A DNA stretch of 64,000 nt, from the NCBI GenBank assembly GCA_951406725.2, contig OX597836.1, forward strand, positions 11,470,001-11,534,000, in the 5' to 3' direction. A program made the position numbers and the translations under genes. Position 1 is the stretch's first letter. Each line of letters opens with the position of its first letter. This document shows, piece after piece, positions 14,520 to 35,033 of the stretch. The notes beneath the pieces were generated by a model. It was not told the DNA's origin. It saw only the letters and a program-made list of their open reading frames with translations, and ran no database searches. The DNA comes from Octopus vulgaris. Taxonomy: Eukaryota.

Positions 14520-14684
14520 GTGATAGATCACTAGCCAGTACATATTCTTTATTTTCTCTCCTTGTTTCTTTCTGTGGAAGAGTGTAGGCTCGAAATGTTA
14601 AAGACTTTTTCACTTCCCGAGCGTTAAACTGATACATCTGTGTCTTGTCTACAGCATCTGTCTTCGTCTTTTTTTATGAACTCT

Positions 14685-14688
<4 letters not shown>
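14520..14688 (+). mobile_element. family C element in (TA)n
   Basis: ctttCTGTGGAAGAGTgtagGCTCGAAATGTTaaag at 14568-14603; ends ctctccct followed by (AT)n. Confidence 0.8.
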
Positions 14689-14765
<77 letters not shown>

Positions 14766-16326
14766 CATACATACATACACAGACACACATATATATATAT
14801 ATATACATACATACTTACATACATACATACATACACACACACATACATACATACATACATACATACATACATACATACATACATACATACATACATACAT
14901 ACATACACACATACATACATACATGCACACATACATACATACATGCCCACATATAAATATACATATTTATATATTACTTTATCTACTCTCTCCCACCCTC
15001 TCTGCTTCGCAATATCTCTATGATGTCAAGCGTGACTGGTGAAATGAACGGACCCATCAACCAACATTTATATCGGCTATTATGACATATATATATATAT
15101 ATATATATATCATATTGTTGCACAAATTGATAAATTATAGTTTAGTAGCAATACCAATATAGTCTGCTAGTATTCTTATAAATATGAGATATCGTTGGAT
15201 CTATCGTAAAATTATTTGCTGCCAGTCTTTTTCCGCAATATTTTATACACAATTAAACTGTGATGTTGCGTAATTGGATGGACTGTAAAACTTCAGTGCA
15301 TTAAGAGTCGTTTTACAGAGGAATAAATTACAGAGAGAGCATTACACTGAACGACAGCAACAATAACAACACATACAGACATGCGCGCATATATACATTC
15401 ATAGGAACACGTTTGTATACATGCACATACACACACACATACACAGGAGACTTAACTAGCATTGAAGTAGTTTAGATATCACTACAAACTTGTAGGATAT
15501 CGATCGCAAATAACTTGGGATTAGGTTTATCCGAAAGGAGATAGTCTGCCATTACAGTATTCGTAAATTAGCCGGAGATGGAATTTATTGATAGAGCTAG
15601 AATAAAACTATAAATTGCTCGGACAAAACTAAATAACTTCATCTCTTTAGTGCAAGTCAGAGATTCAAGAGAGGAGAGATTTATTGACTTAATTCGCAAC
15701 ACATTAAAGCGCGTTTAAAATACTTAAAGGTGTCTCTGCTGAATTACGCCATCAAATTTATTTATCGATTCGGAAGAAAGAAAACCGACGGTGACCAGAC
15801 CATTTCATATTGTCAATGGATTTTGTGGTAATTTATATATATATATATGTATATATATACTTATTTTCTTCTTTCTGAAAAATGGCAAATTGTAAAGGAC
15901 ACCAGTACAAATATTTGATGGAATAACAACCACGAGAGAAGCAACTACTGTAACCACAGTAAAGACAAAATAAATAGAAGTAATACAGGCGTGTACAATC
16001 ATATTTACCAAGTCCGGATACACTAAATGTTGCGGTGCAGAAATAGGCGCTTGAAAATATATTTTACATTGATAATCTATGGAAAAACAGATCATTGGGT
16101 TATAAATGATAACATCGGACCAGAAAACGCATGCATTTCTGTATGATTGCACTTCATCAGCAATATCAAAATGATATGCATTAGCTGATCAACGGGTTCA
16201 TGTATAACCTTCTAAATGGTTCATTTATAATCTGATTCAATGGTTCATTTATATAATTCTTATATATATGTATGTGTATCGTTGGCGATTTTCTTCCTCC
16301 GTCTTCCCTTCTTTGGACTTTTTCTA

Positions 16327-16362
16327 TATTTCTGACGAAGAGCTCCGCTCGAAACGTCGAAT
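16327..16362 (+). ncRNA. minimal type-I hammerhead with canonical core (family C')
   Basis: AUUU-CUGACGA-A-GAGC-ucc-GCUC-GAAAC-GUC-GAAU; palindromic ACGU stem III. Confidence 0.75.
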
Positions 16363-16412
16363 CCTCTTTCTATTCTTCCCTTTCCTGAGCGTCTAATAAC
16401 AATTCTGCTTGT

Positions 16413-16611
16413 CATCAGAAATGCACATATCGTCAGCCACTAAAAGAAATACTCAACTGGTTAAAGTCAAGCAACGTAAAGCAAATCAGTGGTATTCACC
16501 AGAATATTTGCTGTAGCCCATCCTTTATTGCAAGACAAAACAATGTACATGACAACACTTCCAATCACTTAAGATCAGAAGCCATAAAAGCTTGGTACTG
16601 CATCTGAGCAT

Positions 16612-16612
<1 letters not shown>
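16413..16612. mobile_element. partial family F repeat
   Basis: Matches 40347-40551 (gcacatatcgtcagccactaa...gacaaaacaatgtacatga) and is followed by (ATT)n. Confidence 0.75.
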
Positions 16613-20162
<3,550 letters not shown>

Positions 20163-21654
20163 TGTCCGTCTTATTTCTCTTAATTCTCAGGAAAATTGCC
20201 TGATTAGCTAAAAAAAACTCATTTTTCTTCCAAAAAAAACATTCCGATATTTGTTGCTTACATAAACTCTTCTACTCTTCCTCCTCTCGATTTATTCCCA
20301 TTCTCCCCACTCTCCCCTCATCCAGGTTTCATAAATTATAGTTTCACTGATACCTACAACATCTAACTTTAGGGACCTCAGATCGTTAAGCTGAGTTTTT
20401 TCTGCTTCTAGGCCGACTGAGGGTCACTCGTAATCGCAACCTGTTAGAGAAAGGGCACATGATCCGGAACTACAGGACAGTTTTCTTCTGTGAACACACT
20501 AAATGTTCTTCAGATGTCTTCGACTTGGGAGTCTTGCTGAAGACACCATCGTCACATGGGATCCTCTTCAGAAGTTTAAATTAACGTACCAATTAAATAA
20601 CGGAGTTGATTTAATATTTCTACAACGCATCCTAGATGTGAAGCAAACTACGATTTATATAAAGTAGACTCCATTCTTTACCCAGGGTTTGTTTTCGTTA
20701 TCTCTATGTAAGAAATCCTTATTTCTTATATCCTTCCCATGTTTCCTTTCATCGTATCATAGGAAAGATGGTTGCATCTTAAGCCAAATCAGAAATATCA
20801 TTTCTATTTTCATATTTCATTGGTTTTCATCTTAGATTTCTCTTACTTATCCCCCGCTATTAAAACCGTTTGTGCTTTTAGTTATTTCGCCCTCAAAGAT
20901 ATCAATATATTTGATAAATATTCATCTCATGACCCATCTCAAAATACGATGCCAAAGCAAACCTCCTCCCAGCTATTGGCATTACATGTTCAAGTAATTT
21001 GTTATCTTACGCTCGAGATCCTACTTCTGGTTAAATTCTCCTCACTGCTTTGATCCTTAATTCTAGTGTCTCCTAAATATCGCAATATCGGATTATATTT
21101 TACATGCTGTTGGTTCGTCTTTCACTCTCATCTCTATCAGGTTTTCATCTTCCCCTTGTTGGAACACAGCACATAGATATTTGTTATCGCTATACTTGTC
21201 CCTTACTTCTTCAACTTCCCATAGCTTCGATGTCACGTTCTGGAGAATAGTTTTACTTCTTAAGTGCTTTACATTGAAATATATTCGATATTCTATCAAT
21301 ATAAACAGTCGTTTCTCTTTGCTAAACTCGGATATATCTAAATCTTTCTTACGATCGGAGATTTCACCAGCAAGTCTCCTTTAAGAATTTATTTGCTTTA
21401 CAGGTGCTTTATATGTACTACTTGTGCAAATGCAGTGACGGCAAAGTGTTGAGATACTTGCTTAAGAAGAACGACTTTTTTTTTATTGACCCTGAAGATG
21501 TGAAAGATAATTCCTCACCTTCCCCAATTATAAGTTCGATGGAAAATTACTCAAGAAACCTGTACGTGATTGCTTGATTTTTTAAAAATAGCAGCTAAAT
21601 GTCCATAAAATCACACCCTGCAGTCTTATATAAACACAGGACATACTGATTTCA

Positions 21655-21851
21655 AATTTTGGAACGAGGCCAGCAATTTCGGGGAAAGTGGATAAGTTGA
21701 TTACTGGTACTTATTTTATTACCCCCCCCCCCCCCGAAAAGATGAAAGGCAAAGTCGAACCCGTCGGAATTTGAACCTAGAACATAAAGCCGGAAGAAAT
21801 GCCGCTAATCATTTTTTCCGGCTCGATATCGATTCTGCCAGATCACTGCCT
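21655..21851 (-). mobile_element. diverged SINE family B
   Basis: gatgaaaggcaaagtcgaacccgtcggaatttgaac...ctgccagatcactgcc. Confidence 0.75.
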
Positions 21852-22053
21852 TATTTCTACGTGGCTGCGAAATGGCATTAAGCATTTTGTCAAACGTACT
21901 GATGATTCCACCAGGCCGTCGCCTTAAACAAACAACACATGAGGTAATACTATGCATACTACTAAAAAACTGACTGTAGAGTCACGGCTGGAACACATGG
22001 TTTTTAATGGGTTTCAATAGTCTAACTAAGGACTAAACACAAGCAGTATCTTT

Positions 22054-22489
<436 letters not shown>

Positions 22490-22511
22490 TCTAGTAGTAG
22501 TAGTAGTAGTT

Positions 22512-22564
<53 letters not shown>

Positions 22565-22566
<2 letters not shown>

Positions 22567-22705
22567 AGTCCTCAGGCACCTCCTCCATAGGGTCCTATCA
22601 GAAGCAGCATTCCCAAGCGTGACCAACTGAGGTTGTGGGTATTACACTACTATTTCATGCTTGTTCTACTCCAGGTCTTCTGCTGATTCTTGGGGTAGAT
22701 TCCTC
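22565..22705 (-). pseudogene. RTE-clade LINE 3' remnant with (CTA)n tail
   Basis: LVTLGNAASDRTLWRRCL has the RTE C-terminal A.DR..WR motif; QQKTW upstream resembles GRP.KTW. Confidence 0.5.
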
Positions 22706-23219
22706 AGGCAACATCTCCATAGAATGTAAATAATGTACACAATTACTCATCTCTTAAATATAGAACTGTATTTCTTTCATTTGTTCTTTTGCCAACTCTA
22801 TGTGGTTGCAAACCTACGCAGACGTCATCTAAGCTCTCCCACCTATGGCCCTGCGAAACATTTAGGATGGTTAAAATGGACAAAAAAGAGAAGACTGCAC
22901 TATGGTTCTTCTGGGGTTACTCATTTCCTTTCTGCAGCGGAGTTGAGTGGACCAACGTGGAATGGATTATCTTGCTCAAGGACACCATAGTTCCACCCGA
23001 TTCGGGAATCGAAACTCACGGAGTTGTTTTATGACCATGAGCCCAATGCTCTTAATATAAAGGGGTTATCACATTTCTAATACGCTTTCAGAGAATCATG
23101 AATCGTGGCGAGTTACTTACTGAAATGGACACAGACGTGGCATCAGCAACAATAACATAAAACAACAAAAAAATAATTTAGCTTTACAAAACAAAAACAA
23201 CAACAACAACAACAACAAT

Positions 23220-23676
<457 letters not shown>

Positions 23677-23789
23677 CGTAGAGAAGAGTAGATAAATAAT
23701 TCAGTGGAAATGACCGCAACAAGTGCCATTGAAATCGAATGTGAATGAAATGATCAGAGTGGATGTAATATCTACTAGAAGTAATCGAT

Positions 23790-23823
<34 letters not shown>

Positions 23824-24012
23824 ATGACTCATTTATATACATAAATTATAATGTAAATACATATATAAATACATACACACATATATATAAACACACGTAA
23901 ATATATATATATATATATATAAGAAACATATATATGTGTATAAATGTATTTACATATACATATGTACACACATATATGTATGTATTTATATACATACATA
24001 TATATATATATG

Positions 24013-24083
<71 letters not shown>

Positions 24084-24299
24084 TTATATGTATATATATA
24101 TGTATACATATGTTTATGTATATATATATATCAATTCAATTTGGGTGTGTTTTCCGAAGTAATACACTCTATTCTTGAATAAATGTGTGTGTGTACGCAC
24201 GTGTGTAAGTGTATTTATATGTACACACACACACACACACACGCACATATATGTATATGTCTGTATATGTATATGTATGTATACAGTTATATGTGTGTG

Positions 24300-24331
<32 letters not shown>

Positions 24332-24336
24332 TGTGA

Positions 24337-24369
<33 letters not shown>

Positions 24370-24993
24370 TGTATGTATGTATGTATGTATGTGTGTGTGT
24401 GTGTGTGTGTGTGAGTGTATGTTGTTCTAGGGCCATTGTTTATTTTGGCTGTAATTCAAACTTTAGAGAGAGAAACTAGCCAATAGTGGACACGAACACA
24501 TGTCATTATTTGCTACAGTTCAGAATTTAGTTAAATGTAGAATCTCTGGAGAATGTATTTCAAGAAAGAATAACAAAGAAGAAAAAAATAATGAAAAAAG
24601 AAACGAGAAACAAAGAAATACATTTTAAAAACCATTTTGCAGCCTAAATTTTTATTCCGATTCCATTAGTCTTCTGCTGGTTGGTTTTGATATACATTTC
24701 TGAATATATGACCCCCACCCCACCCCACCCAGCATCACTGTTTAACAATCGGTTTTGATTTGTGTATGTCCCCGTCACTTAGAGGTTCGGCAAATGATAC
24801 CAATACAATAACTGTCGGTCTTGTTTTTAAAAAGAAAATATGTGCAGAGGTCGATCTGCTCTTTCTGCATCGTTGCAGTGTGACTCGTCTACAATGTGAC
24901 TCTTCAACATGTGCCGCAGTGCAATGACCGAAACAACTAAAAAAATAAAAGTTCAAAATTTTGAGCGGAAACACAATACATACATGCATACAT

Positions 24994-25164
24994 AGGCGCA
25001 GGAGTGGCTGTGTGGTAAGTAGCTTGCATACCAACCACATGGTTCCGGGTTCAGTCCCACTGCGTGACATCTTGGGCAAGTGTCTTCTGCTATAGCCTCG
25101 GGCCGACCAATGCCTTGTGAGTGGATTTGGTAGACGGAAACTGAAAGAAGCCCGTCGTATATAT

Positions 25165-25200
<36 letters not shown>

Positions 25201-25420
25201 CTGTGCTTGTGTGTCTGTGTTTGCCCCCATAGCATTGCTTGACAACCGTTGCTGGTGTGTTTACGTCCCCGTTACTTAGCGGTTCGGCAAAAGAGACCGA
25301 TAAAATAAGTACTGGGCTTACAAAGAATAAGTCCCGGAGTTGATTTGCTCGACTAAATGCGGTGCTCCAGCATGGCCGCAGTCGAATGACTGAAACAAGT
25401 AAAAGAGAGTAAGAAAGAGA
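24994..25420 (+). mobile_element. SINE family A, full length
   Basis: Runs from aggcgcaggagtggctgtgtgg to gaaacaagtaaaagag. Confidence 0.92.
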
Positions 25421-25424
25421 GCAA

Positions 25425-25669
25425 ATACATACATACATAAATACATACATACATACATACATACATACATACGTACGTACGTACATACATACATACATAC
25501 ATACATACATACATACATACATACATACATACATACATACATACATACATACGTACATACATACATACATACATACATACATACATACATGCATACATAC
25601 ATACATACATACATATATACATACATACATACATACATACATACATACATACATACATACATACATACA

Positions 25670-25703
<34 letters not shown>

Positions 25704-26973
25704 CATACATATATACATACATACATACATACGTACATACATACATACATACATACATACATACATACATACATACATACATACATACATACATACATAC
25801 ATACTGAGAAATCTGCAGTTACTCTATCCAGATTACAAGTATATACTTAAAACTATTGGGGCCCTGGGATATGTAAAACACTACCTAAATTCCAATCTTG
25901 AGAAATTAAGTTTCTAAAAACCAGAAAATAGAAGTTGATTCGAACACGACAGATCCAGTCCATCACTGGAACTGTAAAAATCTGTAAAACTTTCCAGAAG
26001 TATATCATTTAAATATATACAAGCATGTCTAGACATGCAACTGTATGCATGAGAATATGTACATAAAACAAAACATACAAATCTGTACATATACCTACAT
26101 ACATACATACATACATACATACATACATACATACATACATACATACATACATACATACATACATGCATGCATACCTACATACATACATACATACATACAT
26201 ACATACATACTTACATACATACATACATACATATATACATACATATATACATACATACATATATACATACATACACACATACATACATACACACATAGAT
26301 ACACACACACATACATAATACATACATACATACATACATACATACATAATACATACATACATACATACATACACACATACATACATACATACATACATAC
26401 ATACACACACACATACATACATACATACATAATACATACATGCATACATACATACATGCATGCATACCTACATACATACATACATACATATATACATGCA
26501 TGCATACCTACATACATACATACATATATACATACATGCATACATACATACATACATATATACATACATACATACATGCATACATACATACATACATACA
26601 TAAATACATACATACATACATACATACATACATACATGCATACATACATACATACATACATACATACACACATACATACATACATACACACACACATACA
26701 TACATACATACATACATACATACATACATACATAATACATACATACATACATACATACATACATACATACATACATACATACATACATACATAATACATA
26801 CATACATACATACATACATACATACATACATACATACACACATACATACACACATACATACACACACACATACATACATACATACATACATACATACATA
26901 CATACATACATACATGCATGCATACCTATATACATACATACATACATACATACATACATACATACATACATAC
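25425..26973. repeat. (CATA)n arrays at 25425-25803 and 26094-26973
   Basis: Seen directly. Confidence 0.95.
25804..26012 (+). pseudogene. C-terminal remnant of a restriction-like-endonuclease non-LTR retrotransposon (R4/Dong-like) embedded in (CATA)n
   Basis: LRNLQLLYPDYKY...IGALGYVK...NLEKL and, after a stop and frameshift, QIQSITGTVKICKTFQKYII*; matches the RLE GALG...Q....GT..I motif. Confidence 0.65.
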
Positions 26974-27256
26974 TCGGCTGGTGATGTTGAAATTCAAGTG
27001 AAGTCGCCTTGGATCGAGGTTAGAAACCGGCTCCTTCTCTATTGGTAAGAAATATTGAAATAAAACTGAATAATGACATATATACATAATACATAGAAAT
27101 ACACATGCATTCTCACATGCATTCTCACATGCATACTTACATACATGCATGCATACGTACATGATTGCATACATACATTCCTATATATATATACACACTA
27201 CATACATACACAATACATACATACACACACACACACATACATTTATATATATATAT

Positions 27257-27450
27257 GTCGCCATGATTGACCGCTAGTTACTAAAACTTTCATTTTGTAT
27301 TCTCTGTTTATTTTCTCGTGTTCCTTTCTGTTGAAGAGCGTAGGCTCGAAACGTAAAAGACTTTCTCACCTTCCCTAGCATTAAACTAATACACCTGTTT
27401 GCTGTTTACACACCTGTCTTCTTTTTTTTTGTTTTTCTGTAAATTCCAAC
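27257..27450 (+). mobile_element. family C element in (TA)n; hammerhead-like motif at 27324-27359
   Basis: CUUU-CUGUUGA-A-GAGC-guag-GCUC-GAAAC-GUA-AAAG. Confidence 0.8.
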
Positions 27451-27521
<71 letters not shown>

Positions 27522-27536
27522 GTTTAGATAGATAGG

Positions 27537-27575
<39 letters not shown>

Positions 27576-27600
27576 GTAGGTAGGTAGGTAGGTAGGTAGG

Positions 27601-27662
<62 letters not shown>

Positions 27663-28318
27663 GATAGATAGATAGATAGAGACACGTCTGTGTGTGTCTG
27701 TATTTGTGTTCGTCACCAAAGACGCCATCGCTTGCCGCTCTGTGTTGACTTGTTTGCATCCTAGTGACCTAGCAGTTTAGATAAGACAGATCGATATAAT
27801 GTACACAAGACTACAAAAAATATTAAATACAAATTCGATTTGTTCCATTACAATTCTTAGATGCGGTGCTCTAGCATGGCCACTGAAACAAGTACAACAT
27901 ACACGATAACGGATATATATATACACAGCCACACACACATACATACACACACACACACGCACATACACACATACATACACACACACGCACATACACACAT
28001 TCGTGCATATACAAGAGTGCACTCATTTGAAAAATGAGAGAAGACTGTCAATAAATCTATCGCAGTATTTACTTATTAATTAATTTATTGAATTAATTCA
28101 GCTTTATTTGTTTAATTATTTCTGCGTCGCAGTTTCTAACGCATCATATTTTCATTGATTTACAGCTTTGATGTTGCTGCGATAATCCTTAATTCACTGC
28201 ATATCTTTTTGATTGAAAGTGTGACGAAGGGAGTATCTGCAACTAGATACGGAACAAATATCGTAGGAAGAAAATTTGTTCGAAAGAGCAGCGGTTTCTC
28301 ATTTAGTTGGTCATTACT

Positions 28319-28451
28319 AGACGCAGGAATGGCTGTGGGATAAGTAGCTTGCTTAACAACCATATGGTTCTGGGCTCATTCCCATTGCGTGGCACCTTGA
28401 GCAAGTCTCTTCTACTATAACCTCGGGCCAGAAACTGAAAGAAGCCCATCG

Positions 28452-28501
<50 letters not shown>

Positions 28502-28720
28502 GTGGATGTACGTATGTTTGTGTGTCTGATGTTCCCCCACCATCGCTTGACAACCAAATTTAGTGTGTTTACGTCCCCGTAACTTAGCGGTTCGGCAAAA
28601 GAGACCAATAGAATAAGTACTAGGCTCACAAACAAAGAATAAGTCATGGAGTCGATTTGTTCGACTAAAGGCGGTGCTCCAGTATGGTCGCAGTCAAATA
28701 ACTGAAACAAATAAAAGAGA
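28319..28720 (+). mobile_element. SINE family A
   Basis: Homologous to 57230-57613 with a small internal deletion. Confidence 0.88.
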
Positions 28721-29004
28721 ATAAATATACGAGACGTCCGAAATGCACTTTGCAAAGGTGCACGTAGGTCGTTGAGGGTAACGATTCTGCCAGCTCGCCG
28801 CTTTTCGATGAAATAAATACCAGTGAAGTAGTAAGGGCAGACTTAACATACAACCCCTTCCCCAAAAATATGGATCCTCTTATTTAATATTATGATTATG
28901 AGTCAGAACAAAAAGTGTAAGATAGTTAATGTTAATGGAGATTATAACTGTTTTTTATGACAGGCCTTATTTAATAATCCTCCCGCTTTTGTTGTCAATA
29001 ATCT

Positions 29005-29245
29005 TACTCTTTTACTCTTTTAATTGTTTCAGTCATTTGGCCCTGGCTATGCTGGAGCACCGCCTTTAGTCAAGCAAATCGAGACCCAAGGACTTATTCT
29101 TTGTGAGGCTAGTACTTATTCTATCGGTTTCTTATGCCGAACCGCTAGATTACGAGAACTTAAACACACCAGCATCTGTTGTCAAGCGATTTTGGGGGGA
29201 GGGGACAAACACGGACACACAAACATATATCTATGTACATATATC

Positions 29246-29319
<74 letters not shown>

Positions 29320-29486
29320 TATGATGGGGTTCTTTCAGTTTCCGTCTACCAAATCCCCTTACAAGGCTTTGGTCGGCCCGAGGCTATAGTAAAAGACACA
29401 TTGCCTAAGGTACCACGCAATGGGACTGAACCCAGAACCATGCGGTTGGTAAGCAAGCTACTTACCACACAGCCGCTCCAACGCCT
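29005..29486 (-). mobile_element. SINE family A
   Basis: Homologous, with a long internal (TA)n; inverted relative to 28319-28720. Confidence 0.88.
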
Positions 29487-29883
29487 ATATCTTGGTTAAA
29501 AATAGCAGCACAAAAAAAATATTTGCTTTTCTGGGGAAAACAAAATCTCCAGATCCTTCCATATTTCAAAAATAATGTCGCCACCAATTGATTGCTATTA
29601 TTGTCGTTATCATCAACCTTATCCGTTTATCCGCCATCTTTTATTTCGTATCATGAATACAATCCAGATTCCGAAAAAAGGAAAAAAACAAAATGCTCTC
29701 AACTTTGACCTAAATTTACGAAACAATAACGAAAGAGTCGAAAGTATAAAATGGCTTTTAAGATGCTTCGCTCCTTCTTTTCTTCTGTCCATTTACTTTT
29801 GAAAACCTTTCAAACTCTGAAATCACGAAGGAAACGATACAGGACTGGCGGAAATATTTATTTATCTTTTTTTTTTCCCCATT

Positions 29884-29967
<84 letters not shown>

Positions 29968-30125
29968 CTTCTTTCTTTCAATGTTTTAAGTTAGGAATCT
30001 GTCCATTTCTTTACTCAGATTGCTTTTATTTGTGTGTGTGTGTGTGTTTTCTTTTTCTTTTTTTCTTTTTTCTTGTTATAGCGAATTAGAGGAGAAACAA
30101 TATTAGCAATCCCGATAAACATATT

Positions 30126-31875
<1,750 letters not shown>

Positions 31876-32585
31876 TTCATTCTCCCTCCATTTCTTCGAA
31901 CGCTGAAAGCACTTAGAAAGGTTGTTTTTAGTTTTGCAGTGCGCCAAACCTAACCCAACGTTTTTTTGTTTTCATAAACTGTTAATTCAAATGTCATACT
32001 TCGATCTAAGGCCGACTTATTGAATCGTTCGTTCATATTAGAATATATTCGATTAGATTGGAGATCTGTAGACGGTCGAATTAATATAACATAAGACTTA
32101 GATCGTTCCCATGTCTGTGTCTTGTGTAGTATTGAAGAAATGTGACTGCCTGGTTAAGAAGCTCGCTCTGCAATCACTGCGGCGTTTCAGGTTCAATCCC
32201 GCTGTGCGGCAACTTGGACTGGTAGATTCTAAAATAGGTCCGGGCGGAAAAATGCCTTATGAGCGAGTTTGATAGAGGGAAACTGTGCGGAAGCTTGTCG
32301 TTTATATGAATACATGAGTATGTATGTGTGTGGGTGTGTGTGAATAAGGATATGTGTATACATGTATATGTGTGTGTACACATGTGTATGTATATATATG
32401 TGTGGGTATAGGGATATGTGTATATATATATGTATACGTATATGTATGTATATATATGTATATGTGTATATGTGTGTATGTGTGTATGAATATGTATATA
32501 TATATATGTATATATATGTGTGTATATATATATATATATGTATACGTATATATATGTATGTATATATGTATGTGTGTGTGTGTGT

Positions 32586-32984
32586 AGTGGCTCTGTGGCA
32601 AGAAGCTTGCTTCCCAGCCACATGGTTCAGGGTTCAGGCCTGCTGCATGGCATCTTGGACAAGTGACTTCTAATATAGCCTCAGGTTGACCAAAGCCTTG
32701 TGAGTGGATTTGCTAGATAGAAACTGAAAGAAGCCCGTCGTATATAAATTTATGTCTGTGTGCTTGTGTCTGTGCTTGTCTCCCCACACACATACACACA
32801 CACAATCCTTTGACAACCGATGCTGGAGTTTACGTCCCCGTAACCTAGCGGTTCGGCATCAGAGACCGATAGAATAAGATCTAGGCTTACGAAGAATAAG
32901 TCCAGGGATTGATTTTATTCGATTAAAGGTGGCGCTCCAGCATGGCCACTGTCAAATGACTGAAACAAGTAAAAGAACAAAAGA
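32586..32984 (+). mobile_element. SINE family A
   Basis: Homologous to the other family A copies. Confidence 0.85.
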
Positions 32985-33737
32985 ATGTATATGGATGGAT
33001 GGATGGATGGATGGATGGATGGATGGATGGATGGATGGATGGATGGATGTATGGATGGATGGATGGATGGATGGATGGTTGGATGGGGTGCAGAACAGAG
33101 AGAGAGAAAGAGAGACAGACAGACAGAGACTGAGAAATCGAAAGAGAGAGACACACACATGCGTCGCCTTGTAGGTAAGTAGATTGCTTCCCAACCACAT
33201 GGTTCTGCGTTCAGTTCCACTGCGTGTGCGCGGCACTTTGGACAAGTGCAACACCGGACATGCAACACTGGCATCGGCCACGGCTGCGATCTCACTTTGG
33301 CCGCCGGGTCTTCTCAATCACAGCATCCTTAAATAAACTCGGTTTACCATTACTTTTTTTCTGACATGATGATGGAGCGTTTCGATTCCATTATCCAGCA
33401 TTTGATGGAGAGTTTAACCTGGGACGGATTGGCTGTGGAAGTATTTTGATTTCGGTCATTTATTCGCTATGAAAAACCAGGTTAAGATTTGGTCTCGTGA
33501 AGCCTTGAGTTCCCGACAAACTTCAGCCTTATCTGAATCAATGACGATGGTGCTCCAGTATGGCATCGCACATGTGTTCGTGGCAAAAATTGCTGTTTCT
33601 TGGTGTTAATATTATTAACAACTACTGTTTATTGTTAAATTGTTGAATTATTTAACTGTTGGAGCTTTCATTTCAAAATACTGAGTGCTTGTGGAAAGCA
33701 CGCGTTGTTCGTTCCCCTGATGGGGGGAAGAATGTCG

Positions 33738-34401
33738 TCTAGCGAGGAGCGTACCGTTGGTCTAGCGAGGAGCGTACCGTTGGTCTAGCGAGGAGCCTAC
33801 CTTTGGTCTAGCGAGGAGCGTACCGTTGGCCTAGCGAGGAGCCTACCGTTGGTCTAGCGAGGAGCCTACCGTTGGTCTAGCGAGGGCCTACCGTTGGTCT
33901 AGCGAGGAGCCTATCGTTGGTCTAGCGAGGAGCGTACCGTTGGTCTAGCGAGGAGCCTACGTTGGTCTAGCGAGGAGCCTACCGTTGGTCTAGCGAGGAG
34001 CCTACCGTTGGTCTAGCGAGGAGCGTACCGTTGGTCTAGCGAGGAGCCTACCTTTGGTCTAGCGAGGAGCGTACCGTTGGTCTAGCGAGGAGCCTACCGT
34101 CGGTATAGCGAGGAGCGTACCGTTGGTCTAGCGAGGAGCCTACCGCTGGTCTAGCGAGGAGCCTATCGTTGGTCTAGCGAGGAGCCTACCGTTGGTCTAG
34201 CGAGGAGCGTACCGTTGGTCTAGCGAGGAGCGTACCGTTGGTCTAGCGAGGAGCGTACCGTTGGTCTAGCGAGGAGCCTACCGCTGGTCTAGCGAGGAGC
34301 CTACCGTTGGTCTAGCGAGGAGCCTACCGTCGGTATAGCGAGGAGCGTACCGTTGGTCTAGCGAGGAGCCTACCGCTGGTCTAGCGAGGAGCCTACCGTT
34401 G
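33738..34401. repeat. 23-bp GC-rich tandem repeat, 29 copies (TCTAGCGAGGAGCSTACCGTTGG)
   Basis: Counted directly; two units have 1-bp deletions; there are no spacers. Confidence 0.97.
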
Positions 34402-34921
34402 CAAACGAAACATCAGAGAGCTTATCAGCTCTCACACTGGATGATGTGATGGCCTATAAAGAGAAACAGCGGTGATGTTATATACAAACATGGATTTGGT
34501 TCTCACATATAATCACAACATATTGAACGCATGACGGAAAAAAAGAGTGAAGAAAGAAAAGAAAAACATAGAAACTCTGTACTGAAGCCAATATGAACAC
34601 ATCAAGCTGTTTAAGTTATCTTTTTTGCTGACTGCTTCTAAACTGAAATTTAATTCCAGGGGAAATTTAGAGCTTAAATTTATTGATGAAGTATACGTGC
34701 GTGTACGTGTATATTTATGTGTATGTGTATATGTAGGTGAATGTATATATGTATGTGTATGTGAATATGTTTGTGTATGTTTGTGTATGTGTGCATGTAT
34801 ATGTATATATGTATATGTGTGTGTGAAATTTTTGTGTTAGAATTAATAAGATGTTTTATCAGAACGACGGTTTCTTCCTCAGGTTTCACAGCAAAAAGAA
34901 ACGCTAGCGTTTGTAGTTTTG

Positions 34922-34990
<69 letters not shown>

Positions 34991-35001
34991 ACAACAACAG
35001 C

Positions 35002-35033
<32 letters not shown>

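Noticed and set aside
24735-25235. recurrent peptides such as [22 protein letters not shown]
   Set aside because: They are antisense translations of SINE family A.
33380-33560. Tc1 transposase remnant (faint SPDLNPIE-like trace on the minus strand)
   Set aside because: It needs several frameshifts and is too degenerate to support.
33738-34401. CRISPR array or coding repeat
   Set aside because: Units are contiguous with no spacers, there are no cas genes, the context is eukaryotic, and the CTAG in a 23-bp period puts stops in all frames on both strands.
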